Assembly (NCBI GenBank): GCA_947085185.1
Contig: CAMTVK010000001.1
Location: forward strand, 79,243 to 143,242
DNA: 64,000 nt
Source of the DNA: Candidatus Fraserbacteria bacterium
Lineage (GTDB): Bacteria; Bipolaricaulota; Bipolaricaulia; RBG-16-55-9; DRXL01
Reading direction: 5' to 3'
Positions 18,886 to 29,262 of this stretch are shown one piece after another. Numbering within the stretch: position 1 is the stretch's first letter; every line of letters starts with the position of its first letter. The translations under genes were made by a program, and so were the position numbers. The notes below the pieces were generated by a model. The model worked only from the letters and a program-made list of their open reading frames with translations, was not told the DNA's origin and did not search any database.

Positions 18886-20793
18886 ATGAAAGAGAAGAGC
18901 GTAGACAGAGCGACGATCGAGATGCTCCGGCGCACTAAAGAGAGACAGCTGGAGACGGCGTGGGACCGATGGGAGGCGCAACAGCCCCAGTGCGGCTTCG
19001 GGCAGTTGGGCATCTGCTGCAGAATCTGTAATATGGGGCCCTGTCGCATTGACCCCTTTGGACGGGGTCCTCAGCGTGGCGTCTGCGGCGCTGATGCGGA
19101 CACGATCGTCGCTCGGAACTTAGCACGAATGATCGCCGCAGGAGCGGCCGCTCACTCCGATCACGGGCGCGATGTCGCCTATACGCTGCTGCTCGCCGCC
19201 GAGGGCAAAGGCGGCTATCACATCAAAGACCCGATAAAACTCAGAAGGGTCGCTGCCGAGTTTGGCATCGGGCCAGACACCAAGAGCGACGCTGAGGTCG
19301 CCAAAGCCCTCGCCGAGAAAGTCTTAGCTGAGTTTGGCCAACAGGAGGGCGAACTCACGTTCGCCAAGCGCGCTCCCAAAGCCCGCCAGGAGCTATGGCG
19401 TAGACTGAACATCATGCCAAGGGGTATAGATCGCGAGATCGTCGAGGTCATGCACCGAACTACCATGGGCGTGGACAATGACTATAAAAACATTCTCTTG
19501 CAAGGGATGCGCGCAGCGCTCGCCGACGGCTGGGGCGGCTCAATGATTGCTACCGAGCTTCAAGACATGCTCTTCCGAACCCCTACGCCCCTGAGAGCCA
19601 AGGTGAACTTGGGCGTTCTCCAAAGCGACGCGGTCAACGTCGTGGTGCACGGTCATGAACCCACGCTCTCAGAGATGCTCGTCGCGGCCAGCCGCGACCC
19701 TGAGCTGCAGACGTTAGCGCAGCAGCAAGGCGCTAAGGGAATTAACTTAGCAGGCATCTGCTGCACCGCCAATGAGATCTTAATGCGCCACGGCATCCCC
19801 ATCGCCGGGAACTTCTTGCAGCAAGAGTTAGCCCTCGCAACAGGAGCCGTAGACGCGATGGTCGTCGATGTCCAGTGCATCATGCCCGCGCTCAGCAGCC
19901 TCGCCCAGTGCTTCCATACGAAGCTGATCACGACTTCTCCGAAAGCGAAGTTCCCGGGCGTAGAGCACATAGAGTTTCACGAAGAGCACGCTTACGAGAT
20001 CGCAAAAGAGATTATTAAGCGCGCTATTGAGAACTTCCCCAATCGGGACCATCAGCGGGTGAGCATCCCGCCGCACAAGATGGACCTCATCGCGGGCTTC
20101 ACTTCAGAGAGTGTCTTTCGCTTCTTGGGCGGGCGCTATCGCGCCACGTATAGGCCTCTGAATGACGCGATCATTGACGGGCGGCTGCGGGGCGCCGCGG
20201 CTATCGTCGGGTGCAATAACCCCAATATCACTCATGACTGGGCCCATATCGAGATGACCAAAGAACTTCTCAAGAACGACGTCTTGATCGTGACGACGGG
20301 CTGCGCGGCCATCGCGGACGCCAAGTGTGGGTTTTTACGTCCAGAAGCGGCGTTCGAGTACGCTGGGCCGGGCCTGAGGGAGATCTGCGAGGCCGTGGGC
20401 ATCCCGCCGGTGCTGCACGTTGGAGCGTGTGTCGATAACTCGCGAATTCTCACGACGCTTATCGAGATCGTGAGCGAGGGGGGCCTGGGCGACGATTTCT
20501 CCAAGCTCCCTGTGGCCGGCGCGGCCCCTGAATGGATGAGCGAGAAAGCGATTGCAATTGGATTCTATGTCGTCGCTTCCGGGATATTTACGGTCTTTGG
20601 CACGCCGCACCCCATCTATGGGAGTCGCAACGTCACGAAGTTCTTGACTGAAGAGATTGAAGAGCTTGTCGGCGGAAAATTCGCGTTCGAGCCAGACCCA
20701 ATCAAAGCCGCTCGCTTCATGTTGGCGCACATAGATAGAAAACGCGCCGAGCTGAAGCTGAGAGAGCCCATGTACACGCCGGCCTATGCGTAA
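18886..20793 (+). CDS. cooS: anaerobic Ni-CO dehydrogenase catalytic subunit
   Basis: CGFG..GICCRICNMGPC, HSDH, HGHEP, ICCT, VDVQC, GCNN, TGC, GACVD, WMSEKA. Confidence 0.98.
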   Translation: MKEKSVDRATIEMLRRTKERQLETAWDRWEAQQPQCGFGQLGICCRICNMGPCRIDPFGRGPQRGVCGADADTIVARNLARMIAAGAAAHSDHGRDVAYTLLLAAEGKGGYHIKDPIKLRRVAAEFGIGPDTKSDAEVAKALAEKVLAEFGQQEGELTFAKRAPKARQELWRRLNIMPRGIDREIVEVMHRTTMGVDNDYKNILLQGMRAALADGWGGSMIATELQDMLFRTPTPLRAKVNLGVLQSDAVNVVVHGHEPTLSEMLVAASRDPELQTLAQQQGAKGINLAGICCTANEILMRHGIPIAGNFLQQELALATGAVDAMVVDVQCIMPALSSLAQCFHTKLITTSPKAKFPGVEHIEFHEEHAYEIAKEIIKRAIENFPNRDHQRVSIPPHKMDLIAGFTSESVFRFLGGRYRATYRPLNDAIIDGRLRGAAAIVGCNNPNITHDWAHIEMTKELLKNDVLIVTTGCAAIADAKCGFLRPEAAFEYAGPGLREICEAVGIPPVLHVGACVDNSRILTTLIEIVSEGGLGDDFSKLPVAGAAPEWMSEKAIAIGFYVVASGIFTVFGTPHPIYGSRNVTKFLTEEIEELVGGKFAFEPDPIKAARFMLAHIDRKRAELKLREPMYTPAYA

Positions 20794-21427
20794 CCCAGCG
20801 TGGGAGCAGAGCTTAGCGCCCAAGATCGCGCAAGCGCGCAATGAGCTGCGCCAGCGCGATCCCTGCGCGATCGCGGATAACTCTGGGGCCGTCTACTACG
20901 AGATCGAGGAGGGTCAGGGGCGCTTCCAGGTGCGCTTCTTCGGCCACCCCTATACGATCACCTGGCCGGAGCTCGAAGTCCTCGATCCGAAAGGACAGAG
21001 CTGCTCCAATCCCATCCAGGCCGTGCTCTTGGAATATTTGGTTCTCGCCGATGGCACACCGTTAGCCCAGCGCTGGGTCTCTCTGAGGGAGCTGCCCAAT
21101 GGGGGGTTCTATGAGCGCGCTTTTCAGGGCTATTCGGGGAATTTAGTCGCGCGTCATTTCCAGAGCGACTTAGGGGGTCTCCGGCAGGCAGCGCAGCGCC
21201 TTGGCGGCGAGCCCCTCGATCTGGGAGATGCAGCGTTTCGCTTTTGGGCGCTGCCAAGAATCCCCCTCGCTGTGGTCTATTGGTCCGGCGGCGATGAATT
21301 CCCCTCAAGCGCCCAAGTCTTATTCGACGCTTCTGCAGGGCACTATCATCACATAGAGATGTTGGCGCATCTTGGTGCGCTGATCTGCGATCGGCTGATT
21401 GCCGTGCATCGTGGGGATTTTGGGTAA
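20786..21427 (+). CDS. DUF3786-like protein
   Basis: WVSLRELPNGGFY..AF, ALPRIPL..VYW.GDEFP; typical of corrinoid/acs loci. Confidence 0.75.
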   Translation: MRNPAWEQSLAPKIAQARNELRQRDPCAIADNSGAVYYEIEEGQGRFQVRFFGHPYTITWPELEVLDPKGQSCSNPIQAVLLEYLVLADGTPLAQRWVSLRELPNGGFYERAFQGYSGNLVARHFQSDLGGLRQAAQRLGGEPLDLGDAAFRFWALPRIPLAVVYWSGGDEFPSSAQVLFDASAGHYHHIEMLAHLGALICDRLIAVHRGDFG

Positions 21428-21460
21428 AATAGCACCACCACTACTCTCAAGGAGGTACTC

Positions 21461-22903
21461 ATGAACGTTCGGCTTGCCAGCGGCAAGGAGATCCCCGTGG
21501 AGATGCACAAGGTCCGCATCGTGCAGAAGATCAATCTGCGCTCGGTGGATGAGCGGCGGCGCGCACTCGAAGAAGCCGGGTATAATACGTTTCTTCTGCG
21601 GACCCGCGATGTCTTCTTAGATATGCTCACCGACAGCGGCGTCAACGCCATGAGCGACAATCAATTGGCCGGGATGATGGTCGCCGATGACGCCTACGCC
21701 GGCAGCGAGAGCTATTATCGTCTGGTTGAGGCGGTCCAAGACGTACTGGGCTATGCATATGTGCTCCCTGTCCATCAGGGCCGCGCTGCCGAGCATCTCA
21801 TTGACAAAGTCTTTCTGAAGCCGGGCCAGGTCGTCCCTACGAATTATCACTTCACGACGACTCGCGCGCACATCGAGATCCTCGGCGGCACTATGCTCGA
21901 AATCTACGCTGATGAGGCCCTCAACACCCAGAGCACCCATCCGTTCAAGGGCAATATCGATCTCAATAAGCTCCATGACGTCATCGAGCGCTACGGCCCG
22001 GGGAAGATCGCGTATGTGCGCATGGAAGCGACGACGAATCTTTTGGGGGGACAGCCGTTCTCGCTCGAAAATATGCGCGCAGTGCGCAAGATCTGCGACC
22101 AGCATAAGCTCTTATTGGTCTTGGATGGGAGCCTCGTCAGTGAGAACGCGTATCTCATCAGGCAGCGCGAGAGCGGTTATGCTCACAAGAGCGTGGCAGA
22201 GATCGTGAAGGAGATGTGTGCGCTCGCTGATATTTACTACATGAGCGCGCGCAAGAACACGAGCGTGCGCGGCGGCCTCATCGCTACCAACAATGAGAAG
22301 TTCTATCTGCAGCTGCGCGATTGGCTCCCGGTCTATGAAGGGTTTCTCACCTACGGGGGCATGTCGGTGAAAGAGGTCGAAGCGATGGCTGTGGGGCTGC
22401 GGGAGATGACTGCGCCGGAGGTCGCCGGCTGTGCCGTCGAACAGGTGCGATATTTTGCGCATCGGCTCTTGGAGCACGGCGTCCCCGTGGTCACGCCGCC
22501 GGGGGGCTTGGCCTGTCACTTGGATGCGCAGCGCTTCCTGCCCCATATTCCCCAACATCAATACCCTGCGGGGGCTCTGACAGCAGCGGTCTACTTGGCT
22601 TCGGGCATCAGGACGATGGAGCGCGGGACGATCTCCACGGATCGCGACAAGGACGGCAAAGAGATCTTGGCAGATCTAGAGCTTACGCGGATCGCTGTTC
22701 CCAGACGGGTCTACACGATCTCGCATATCGAGTATGCTGTCGATCGCATCGTGTGGCTGTATAGGCATCGGGAGATAGTGAAGGGCTTAAAGTTTGTGGA
22801 GGAGCCGCCGGTGCTGCGGTTCTTCTTTGGGAAGCTCGCGCCGCTGGCCAATTGGGGTCAGGCCCTGTGCGAGGTGTTCAAGAAGGAGCTTGGTGACTAT
22901 TGA
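21461..22903 (+). CDS. PLP-dependent beta-eliminating lyase, tyrosine phenol-lyase-like (TPL/TnaA family)
   Basis: DMLTDSG, DAYAG, HQGRAAE, FTTTR, MSARK, YEGFLTYGG, MERG, LRFF. Confidence 0.9.
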   Translation: MNVRLASGKEIPVEMHKVRIVQKINLRSVDERRRALEEAGYNTFLLRTRDVFLDMLTDSGVNAMSDNQLAGMMVADDAYAGSESYYRLVEAVQDVLGYAYVLPVHQGRAAEHLIDKVFLKPGQVVPTNYHFTTTRAHIEILGGTMLEIYADEALNTQSTHPFKGNIDLNKLHDVIERYGPGKIAYVRMEATTNLLGGQPFSLENMRAVRKICDQHKLLLVLDGSLVSENAYLIRQRESGYAHKSVAEIVKEMCALADIYYMSARKNTSVRGGLIATNNEKFYLQLRDWLPVYEGFLTYGGMSVKEVEAMAVGLREMTAPEVAGCAVEQVRYFAHRLLEHGVPVVTPPGGLACHLDAQRFLPHIPQHQYPAGALTAAVYLASGIRTMERGTISTDRDKDGKEILADLELTRIAVPRRVYTISHIEYAVDRIVWLYRHREIVKGLKFVEEPPVLRFFFGKLAPLANWGQALCEVFKKELGDY

Positions 22904-22949
22904 GCGGAGGAGGCGTGGAGAGCTTGCAGGATGGAGTGGGGTGAGAGCC

Positions 22950-23390
22950 ATGTCAGAAGTGAAAGCGAGGACTCAGGGCAAACTGATCCCGCTCTTGCAG
23001 CAGGCCCAAGACAAATGGGGCTATCTGCCCCAAGAGGCCCTGCGGCAGATCGCCCGCTTGCTGCACTTGCCTGAAAGTCACGTCTTCGGCGTGGCAACGT
23101 TCTATGCGCAATTCAAGCTGACACCGGTGGGCCGCCGGCGGGTTATAGTCTGTCGCGGCACGGCCTGCCACGCGCGTGGGGGAGCGCGCGTGCTCGCTAC
23201 AGTCAAGAAAGAGCTGGGCCTGCAAGAATGGGAGACCGCGGCGGATCTTTCGTACACCCTGGAAACAGCCGCTTGCATTGGTGCCTGCGCTTTAGCTCCC
23301 TGTCTGGTCATCAACGGCCAGGTCCACGGGCGGCTGACACCACAGAAGGCCGCCGAACTCTTTGAAGAGAGGAGGTCCCGTGAAGACTGA
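22950..23390 (+). CDS. NuoE/HydC-like [2Fe-2S] subunit
   Basis: GVATFYAQF, CRGTAC, ACIGACALAP. Confidence 0.93.
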   Translation: MSEVKARTQGKLIPLLQQAQDKWGYLPQEALRQIARLLHLPESHVFGVATFYAQFKLTPVGRRRVIVCRGTACHARGGARVLATVKKELGLQEWETAADLSYTLETAACIGACALAPCLVINGQVHGRLTPQKAAELFEERRSRED

Positions 23391-26300
23391 ACAGCGGCTG
23401 CATCTGTGCCAAGGCACCGGCTGTCTCTCCGCCGGAGCCGACCGGCTATATAAGGCGCTGGCGCACGAATTGAGCAAACTGGATTTGCCGGTGGAACTCA
23501 AGCGGACCGGCTGCCACGGCTTCTGTCAGCGCGGCCCCATTGTCATTTGCGAGCCCCAGGGCTTCTTTTATTGCGCCATCCAGCCGCAAGACGCTGGGGA
23601 GATCGCCGAGGCGTTGTCCCAAGGCCGCGCGGTGGAACGGCTCTGCTATCGCGATCCCCAAACAGGAAGGCCAATCCCAACTTATCACGAGATCCCCTTC
23701 TACAAAGGGCAATCTCGAATCGTCTTGCGCAACTGCGGCCATATTGACCCCGAAGATATTGAAGACTATCTCGCCGTTGAGGGCTATCAAGCGGCGCGTC
23801 GAGCGCTCTTGGAAATGACGCCGGAGCAAATCTGCGCTGAAGTTGAGCGCTCCGGCCTGCGGGGGCGTGGCGGCGCGGGCTTTCCCACGGGACGCAAGTG
23901 GCAGCTCTGCCGCCAAGCGCCCGGCAGCGAGAAATATCTTATCTGCAATGCCGACGGGGGTACCCCCGGCGCTTTTATGGCTCGCTCCATCTTAGAAGCC
24001 GACCCGCACGCGGTGATTGAGGGGATGCTTATCGCTGCCTACGCCATCGGCGCGCAGCAGGCATTTATCTATGTGCGCGCTGAGGACTCCTTGGCGGTGA
24101 AGCGCCTGAGAATCGCCATGGCTCAGGCACGCGAGCGCGGCTTTCTTGGCAAAAATATCTTCAATAGCGGCTTTGACTTTGATATAGAAATCTTTGAGGG
24201 TGCGGGGGCGTTTGTGTGCGGCGAAGAGACGGCGCTTATCGCTTCTATTGAGGGCAGACGCGGGATGCCCTCTCCCCGCCCGCCCTACCCGGTGCAGTCG
24301 GGCCTCTGGGGCAGACCGACAAATGTCAACAACGTCAAGACCTACGCCAGCGTCCCACATATTATCAGAAACGGGGCCGACTGGTATTCCCAAATCGGGA
24401 CGAAGCAGAGCAAAGGGACGGCGATCTTCTCTCTGACGGGGAAAGTCAATAACTGCGGCTTGGTCGAAGTTCCGATGGGCACAACGCTCGCCGAGATTAT
24501 TTACGAGATCGGCGGCGGCATCCCCGGCGGCAAGGCCCTCAAAGCCGTGCAGACAGGGGGGCCCACCGGCGGCTGCCTGCCTGCGAGCTTATTGAATACT
24601 CCTGTGGACTTCGATTCGCTCACAGCGCTGGGGGCCATCATGGGCAGCGGCGGCATGGTCGTCATGGACGAAGATACTTGCATGGTGGACATCGCCCGCT
24701 ACTCTTTGGACTTCACTCAGAAAGAATCGTGCGGCAAATGTGCCCCTTGTAGATTGGGCACAAAACAGATGCTCAATATTTTAGAGGCGATCACGCAAGG
24801 ACGCGGGCGTATGGAAGACCTAGATCGCTTGGAGAGACTGGCGAAGTCTGTCCAAGCCGGCTCGCTCTGCGGCCTGGGCCAGACGGCGCCCAATCCCGTC
24901 CTGACTACTTTGCGCTATTTCCGTGAAGAGTACGAAGAGCATATTAAATATAAGCACTGTCGCGCGGCGGTCTGCAAGGGCTTGGTCAAAGCCCCCTGCA
25001 GCCATACTTGTCCCGCTGAGATCGATGTGCCCCGCTATGTGCGGCTCATTGCCGCCGGGCGATTCGCCGACGCCCACGCGGTCATCAGCGAGAAGATCCC
25101 CTTCCCGTCCGTCTGCGGACTCGTTTGCTTCCATCCGTGCGAGGCGAGGTGCCGTCGCGCTCTCGTTGACGACGCAATTGCAATTAGAGCCTTGAAGCGT
25201 GCCGCTGCAGAACGCGACAACGGGCGCTGGAAGCTCTACGTCAAGCGCCGCCCTCCTACGGGGAAGCGCGTCGCTGTGGTCGGCAGCGGGCCGGCGGGGC
25301 TGACAGCAGCGTATTATCTCGCGCGCAAGGGCCACGCCGTCACGGTCTTTGAAGCGTTTGAGAAGCCCGGCGGCATGATGCGCTATGGGATTCCAGAATA
25401 TCGCCTGCCACACGAGATTCTCGACGCCGAGATCTCCGAGATCGAGGCTGCGGGCGTCGAAATTCACACCAAGACAAAGATCGAGTCGCTCGACCAACTC
25501 TTTGCCCAGGGTTTTGATGCAATCTTTCTCGCGTTGGGGGCGCACCGCGGTGTTAAGTTGGGCATCCCCGGCGAAGATGAAGTCGGTGTGCTCGACTGCA
25601 TTGATTTTCTGCGCAGGGTCAAACTGGGCTATCATGTTGAGCTTGGCGAGCGTGTAGCTGTCATAGGTGGTGGCAATGCTGCCATAGACGCAGCGCGCAC
25701 CGCGTTACGACTAGGAGCTAAGGCAACAGTGCCGGCAGCGGACGCTGACCAAGAGGTTCTGGACGCTTCACGGATGGCGCGGCGCTTGGGCGCCAAAGAG
25801 GTGCGCATTATTTACAGAAGAAGTTCTACAGAAATGCCCGCCAGTCCCGAAGAAGTCCACGAAGCACTCACTGAGGGCGTGCAGATCGAGTTTCTCACTG
25901 CTCCAATCAAGATGACCAAAGAGAACGGTTCTATCAGGTTGGACTGCGTGCGCATGAGGCTGGGGCCCGTAGATGCCAGCGGGCGGCGGCACCCCGAACC
26001 GATCCCCGGGAGCGCGTTCAGTATCTATGTGGACCGAGTCATCTCGGCGATCGGTGAAGCCCCTGAGATTCCTGAGGGCTTTGGATTGAGACAGACAAAA
26101 TGGAGCACGCTTGTCGTAGACCCCGACACGCTGATGACCGAGCGTCCGGGGGTCTTCGCCGGTGGGGATGTCGTGACTGGGCCAGCGTCGGTGATCGAGG
26201 CGATTGCTGCCGGGCGGCGGGCCGCAAGCTCTATAGATAAATATCTCGGCGGCGATGGTGATATCTCTGAGGTGCTCATTGACCCTGAAGAAGATGCGCC

Positions 26301-26460
26301 CTTTGAACTTGAAGAAGGCGAGCGCCCCCGCGTGCCTATTCAAACTCTCAGAATTGGGGAGCGCCTGGGAGGCTTTCGGCAGGTTGAGCTTGGATATACT
26401 GCCGAAGAAGCGATCTCCGAGGCGCGACGCTGCTTGATGTGCGACCTGGAGGAGCGATAA
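23380..26460 (+). CDS. NuoF/HydB-like FMN subunit fused to GltD/Nfn-like FAD-NAD(P)H module
   Basis: N-terminal 2Fe-2S, GLRGRGGAGF, CGEETAL, ESCGKC..C; then CSHTCP, GSGPAGL, GGGNAAID, IYRRS, FAGGD. Confidence 0.92.
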   Translation: MKTEQRLHLCQGTGCLSAGADRLYKALAHELSKLDLPVELKRTGCHGFCQRGPIVICEPQGFFYCAIQPQDAGEIAEALSQGRAVERLCYRDPQTGRPIPTYHEIPFYKGQSRIVLRNCGHIDPEDIEDYLAVEGYQAARRALLEMTPEQICAEVERSGLRGRGGAGFPTGRKWQLCRQAPGSEKYLICNADGGTPGAFMARSILEADPHAVIEGMLIAAYAIGAQQAFIYVRAEDSLAVKRLRIAMAQARERGFLGKNIFNSGFDFDIEIFEGAGAFVCGEETALIASIEGRRGMPSPRPPYPVQSGLWGRPTNVNNVKTYASVPHIIRNGADWYSQIGTKQSKGTAIFSLTGKVNNCGLVEVPMGTTLAEIIYEIGGGIPGGKALKAVQTGGPTGGCLPASLLNTPVDFDSLTALGAIMGSGGMVVMDEDTCMVDIARYSLDFTQKESCGKCAPCRLGTKQMLNILEAITQGRGRMEDLDRLERLAKSVQAGSLCGLGQTAPNPVLTTLRYFREEYEEHIKYKHCRAAVCKGLVKAPCSHTCPAEIDVPRYVRLIAAGRFADAHAVISEKIPFPSVCGLVCFHPCEARCRRALVDDAIAIRALKRAAAERDNGRWKLYVKRRPPTGKRVAVVGSGPAGLTAAYYLARKGHAVTVFEAFEKPGGMMRYGIPEYRLPHEILDAEISEIEAAGVEIHTKTKIESLDQLFAQGFDAIFLALGAHRGVKLGIPGEDEVGVLDCIDFLRRVKLGYHVELGERVAVIGGGNAAIDAARTALRLGAKATVPAADADQEVLDASRMARRLGAKEVRIIYRRSSTEMPASPEEVHEALTEGVQIEFLTAPIKMTKENGSIRLDCVRMRLGPVDASGRRHPEPIPGSAFSIYVDRVISAIGEAPEIPEGFGLRQTKWSTLVVDPDTLMTERPGVFAGGDVVTGPASVIEAIAAGRRAASSIDKYLGGDGDISEVLIDPEEDAPFELEEGERPRVPIQTLRIGERLGGFRQVELGYTAEEAISEARRCLMCDLEER

Positions 26461-26462
26461 GT

Positions 26463-29177
26463 ATGAACTCAGTAGCAACGCTCGAAAGAGTCGAGACGAT
26501 CGCCCTGACGATTGACGGGGTCAAAATCAAGACCAAAGCTGGGCAGACGGTGCTTCAAGCGTGTAGGGAAGCTGGGATCTATCTGCCCACGCTCTGCTAT
26601 GATCCCGACTTGGAGCCGTATGGAGGGTGTAGACTCTGCATCGTCGAAGTCGCAGGGATGCGTGGGCTTCCGACAGCGTGCACGCTGCCGGCTCAGGAGG
26701 GCATGGTCGTGCGCACCGAGTCAGAGCAAATCAATTCAGTGCGGCGCGCCACGCTTGAACTTATTTTGGCCGATCACGGGGGCGATTGCTTGACGTGCCG
26801 AAAAAACGGCCACTGCCAACTGCAAGAAGTCTCGGGCTACTTAGGAGTAGAGTGCCGCCCCGCGCTTTTGCGTGAGCAGACAAGGCCGATAGACCGAAGC
26901 ACTCCGTTTTTCGACTTCGATATTAACAAGTGCATTCTCTGTGGGATCTGCGTGCGGGCGTGCGCGGAACTTCAGGGGGCACACGCGATCGATTTTGCGT
27001 GGCGGGGGATCGAAACACGAGTCACCCCTGCGGGCGGTGGCCTTTGGATAAATTCAAACTGTGAGTATTGCGGGGAGTGTGTCAGTCGCTGCCCCACGGG
27101 AGCGCTCGTCCCAAAGAATTCTCAGAGAGCTTCTCGGTATGTGAAGTCTGTCTGTCCCTATTGTGGCGTCGGCTGCACCATCTATCTGGGGATCCGTGGG
27201 GATCGCATCGTCAGCGTTGAGGGCGACAAAGAGAGTCCTGTGAACAACGGGCACCTCTGCGTCAAAGGGCGCTTCGGGATTATAGAGGCCGTTCACTCGC
27301 CCAATCGCCTCAAGAAGCCCTTAATCAAGAAAGACGGGGAATTCGTTGAGGCGAGCTGGGATGAGGCGCTCGATCTCGTAGCGCAAAAATTCAGAGAACT
27401 AAAAGAGCGCTACGGGGGCGAAGCGTTGGGCGTCATAGCTTCGGCGAGGGTCGCCAACGAGGCCAATTATTTGGCACAAAAGTTGGCGCGCGCCGTCTTT
27501 GGCACCAACAAAGTGGACTGCTGTGCCCGCATCTGCCATGCCCCCAGCGTCCACGGCCTGTTGCGCTCTTTCGGCAGCGGCGCGATGACCAACTCTATCA
27601 GCGAGATCGAACACGCCGATTGCATTTTGCTCATCGGCTCCAACACCACCGAGGCGCACCCCACGATAGGCAGTCGCATTAGAAGGGCCGTGCGCAAGGG
27701 CGCGAAGCTCATCGTTGCCGACCCGCGGGAGATCGAGCTGGCTAAAATTGCCGATATTCATCTGCCCCTGCGCCCCGGCACCGATATTACTCTGGCGAAC
27801 GCTCTGGCGCACCATATCATTGTCTCTGGATTGCACAATGAGAAGTTCATCCAAGAGCGCACCGAGGGCTTCGAAGAATTCTGGGCCGTGGTGCAAAAGT
27901 ACACGCCCGAATATGCGGAAAACATTACGGGCGTGCCCGCTGAGAAGATCAAACAAGCGGCTGAGATGTACGCCCGCGGCAGGCCGGGGATGATCGTCTA
28001 TTGTCTGGGGGTCACAGAACACCGCACCGGCGTCATCTCCGTGCAGGCGATTGCCAATTTGGCGCTCATCACGGGCCACATTGGGCAACCGAGCACAGGC
28101 GTCAACCCCTTGCGCGGCCAGAACAACGTCCAAGGGGCCTGCGATATGGGCGCGTTGCCCGAATTTCTGCCGGGGTATCAGAGATGGGATAACCCTGAGC
28201 ACGTCAAGAAATTCGAAGAGGCTTGGGGCGTCAAGCTACCTAAGACATTAGGCTACTATCCGCTCATCTTCTGCTCACGCATGTGGGACGACATTCTCAA
28301 GGGCAACCTCCACGGGCTTTATATCATCGGCGAGGATGTCGCACTCACGGAGGCCAATATTACTAAGGTGCGAAAAGCCCTGCAATCTCTTGATTTTCTC
28401 GTCGTCCAAGAGTTATTTATGACGCCGACGGCGGAGCTGGCTCACGTCGTTCTTCCCGCGGCGGGGTTCGCCGAGATAGATGGGACCTTTACAAACTCCG
28501 AGCGGCGCGTCCAGCGGGTGAGAAAGGCGATAGAGCCGCCAGGCGAGTGCAAGCCGGACTGGCAGATCGTCTGCGAGATCTCCAACAGAATGGGCTACCC
28601 CATGAACTATCAGAGCGCCGAAGAGGTCTTCGAAGAGCTGCGCCGACTCATGCCAATCTACGGTGGGATCACGTACAAACGACTCGACGAGAACATCGGC
28701 CTGCAGTGGCCCTGCCCTGATGAACAGCATCCGGGCACGAGGTTCTTGCACAAAGACAAGTTCACGCGCGGTCTGGGGAAGTTTGCCGGGATCGAACAAG
28801 AACCGCCTGAAGAAGTCCCCGACGCAGAGTACCCGTTCTTGCTGACGACGGGCCGGGTCTTGCAGCACTACAACTGCGCCAGCATGACCCGCCAAGTGTC
28901 GGGTCTGGAGAAGCTGGTCCCGGAGAATTTCATCGAGATCTCGCCAAAAGATGCCGAGAAGCTCGGAGTCAAAGATGGCGAGCTTGTGCGCGTGGTGAGT
29001 CGGCGAGGTGCAGTGCTGGCGCGGGCCAAGGTGCGTCAGATCGCTGAGGGTGTCGTCTTCATGCCCTTTCATCACAAAGAGTCGCCGACGAATCTCATCA
29101 CCAACGACGCGCTCGATCCCATCTGTGGGACAGCGGAGGTGAAGGCCTGCGCGGTGCGGATCGAGCGCGCTGCTTGA
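26463..29177 (+). CDS. fdhA: Mo/W formate dehydrogenase alpha subunit with NuoG-like Fe-S N-terminus (Cys-type)
   Basis: CPYCGVGC, active site [26 protein letters not shown]. Confidence 0.93.
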   Translation: MNSVATLERVETIALTIDGVKIKTKAGQTVLQACREAGIYLPTLCYDPDLEPYGGCRLCIVEVAGMRGLPTACTLPAQEGMVVRTESEQINSVRRATLELILADHGGDCLTCRKNGHCQLQEVSGYLGVECRPALLREQTRPIDRSTPFFDFDINKCILCGICVRACAELQGAHAIDFAWRGIETRVTPAGGGLWINSNCEYCGECVSRCPTGALVPKNSQRASRYVKSVCPYCGVGCTIYLGIRGDRIVSVEGDKESPVNNGHLCVKGRFGIIEAVHSPNRLKKPLIKKDGEFVEASWDEALDLVAQKFRELKERYGGEALGVIASARVANEANYLAQKLARAVFGTNKVDCCARICHAPSVHGLLRSFGSGAMTNSISEIEHADCILLIGSNTTEAHPTIGSRIRRAVRKGAKLIVADPREIELAKIADIHLPLRPGTDITLANALAHHIIVSGLHNEKFIQERTEGFEEFWAVVQKYTPEYAENITGVPAEKIKQAAEMYARGRPGMIVYCLGVTEHRTGVISVQAIANLALITGHIGQPSTGVNPLRGQNNVQGACDMGALPEFLPGYQRWDNPEHVKKFEEAWGVKLPKTLGYYPLIFCSRMWDDILKGNLHGLYIIGEDVALTEANITKVRKALQSLDFLVVQELFMTPTAELAHVVLPAAGFAEIDGTFTNSERRVQRVRKAIEPPGECKPDWQIVCEISNRMGYPMNYQSAEEVFEELRRLMPIYGGITYKRLDENIGLQWPCPDEQHPGTRFLHKDKFTRGLGKFAGIEQEPPEEVPDAEYPFLLTTGRVLQHYNCASMTRQVSGLEKLVPENFIEISPKDAEKLGVKDGELVRVVSRRGAVLARAKVRQIAEGVVFMPFHHKESPTNLITNDALDPICGTAEVKACAVRIERAA

Positions 29178-29189
29178 GCTCTTGGGCTG

Positions 29190-29253
29190 TGTCCGCCATC
29201 ATATCGCAGGCTGCGGCAGATCATGGCCTGAGGGAGGTCATTTCTTATACAAT
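29190..29253 (+). promoter_or_regulatory. folD promoter with tandem TGN-N6-TCA boxes
   Basis: TGTccgccaTCA 29190-29201, TGCggcagaTCA 29212-29223, -10 TACAAT 29248-29253. Confidence 0.55.
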
Positions 29254-29262
29254 AAAAACCCT

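Noticed and set aside
21461..22903. Calling the lyase tnaA
   Set aside because: Specificity residues are TPL-like; substrate unproven, so no symbol is given
22950..29177. Respiratory complex I nuoEFG
   Set aside because: No membrane nuo genes; the third subunit has an intact FDH active site and the second carries a GltD-like fusion
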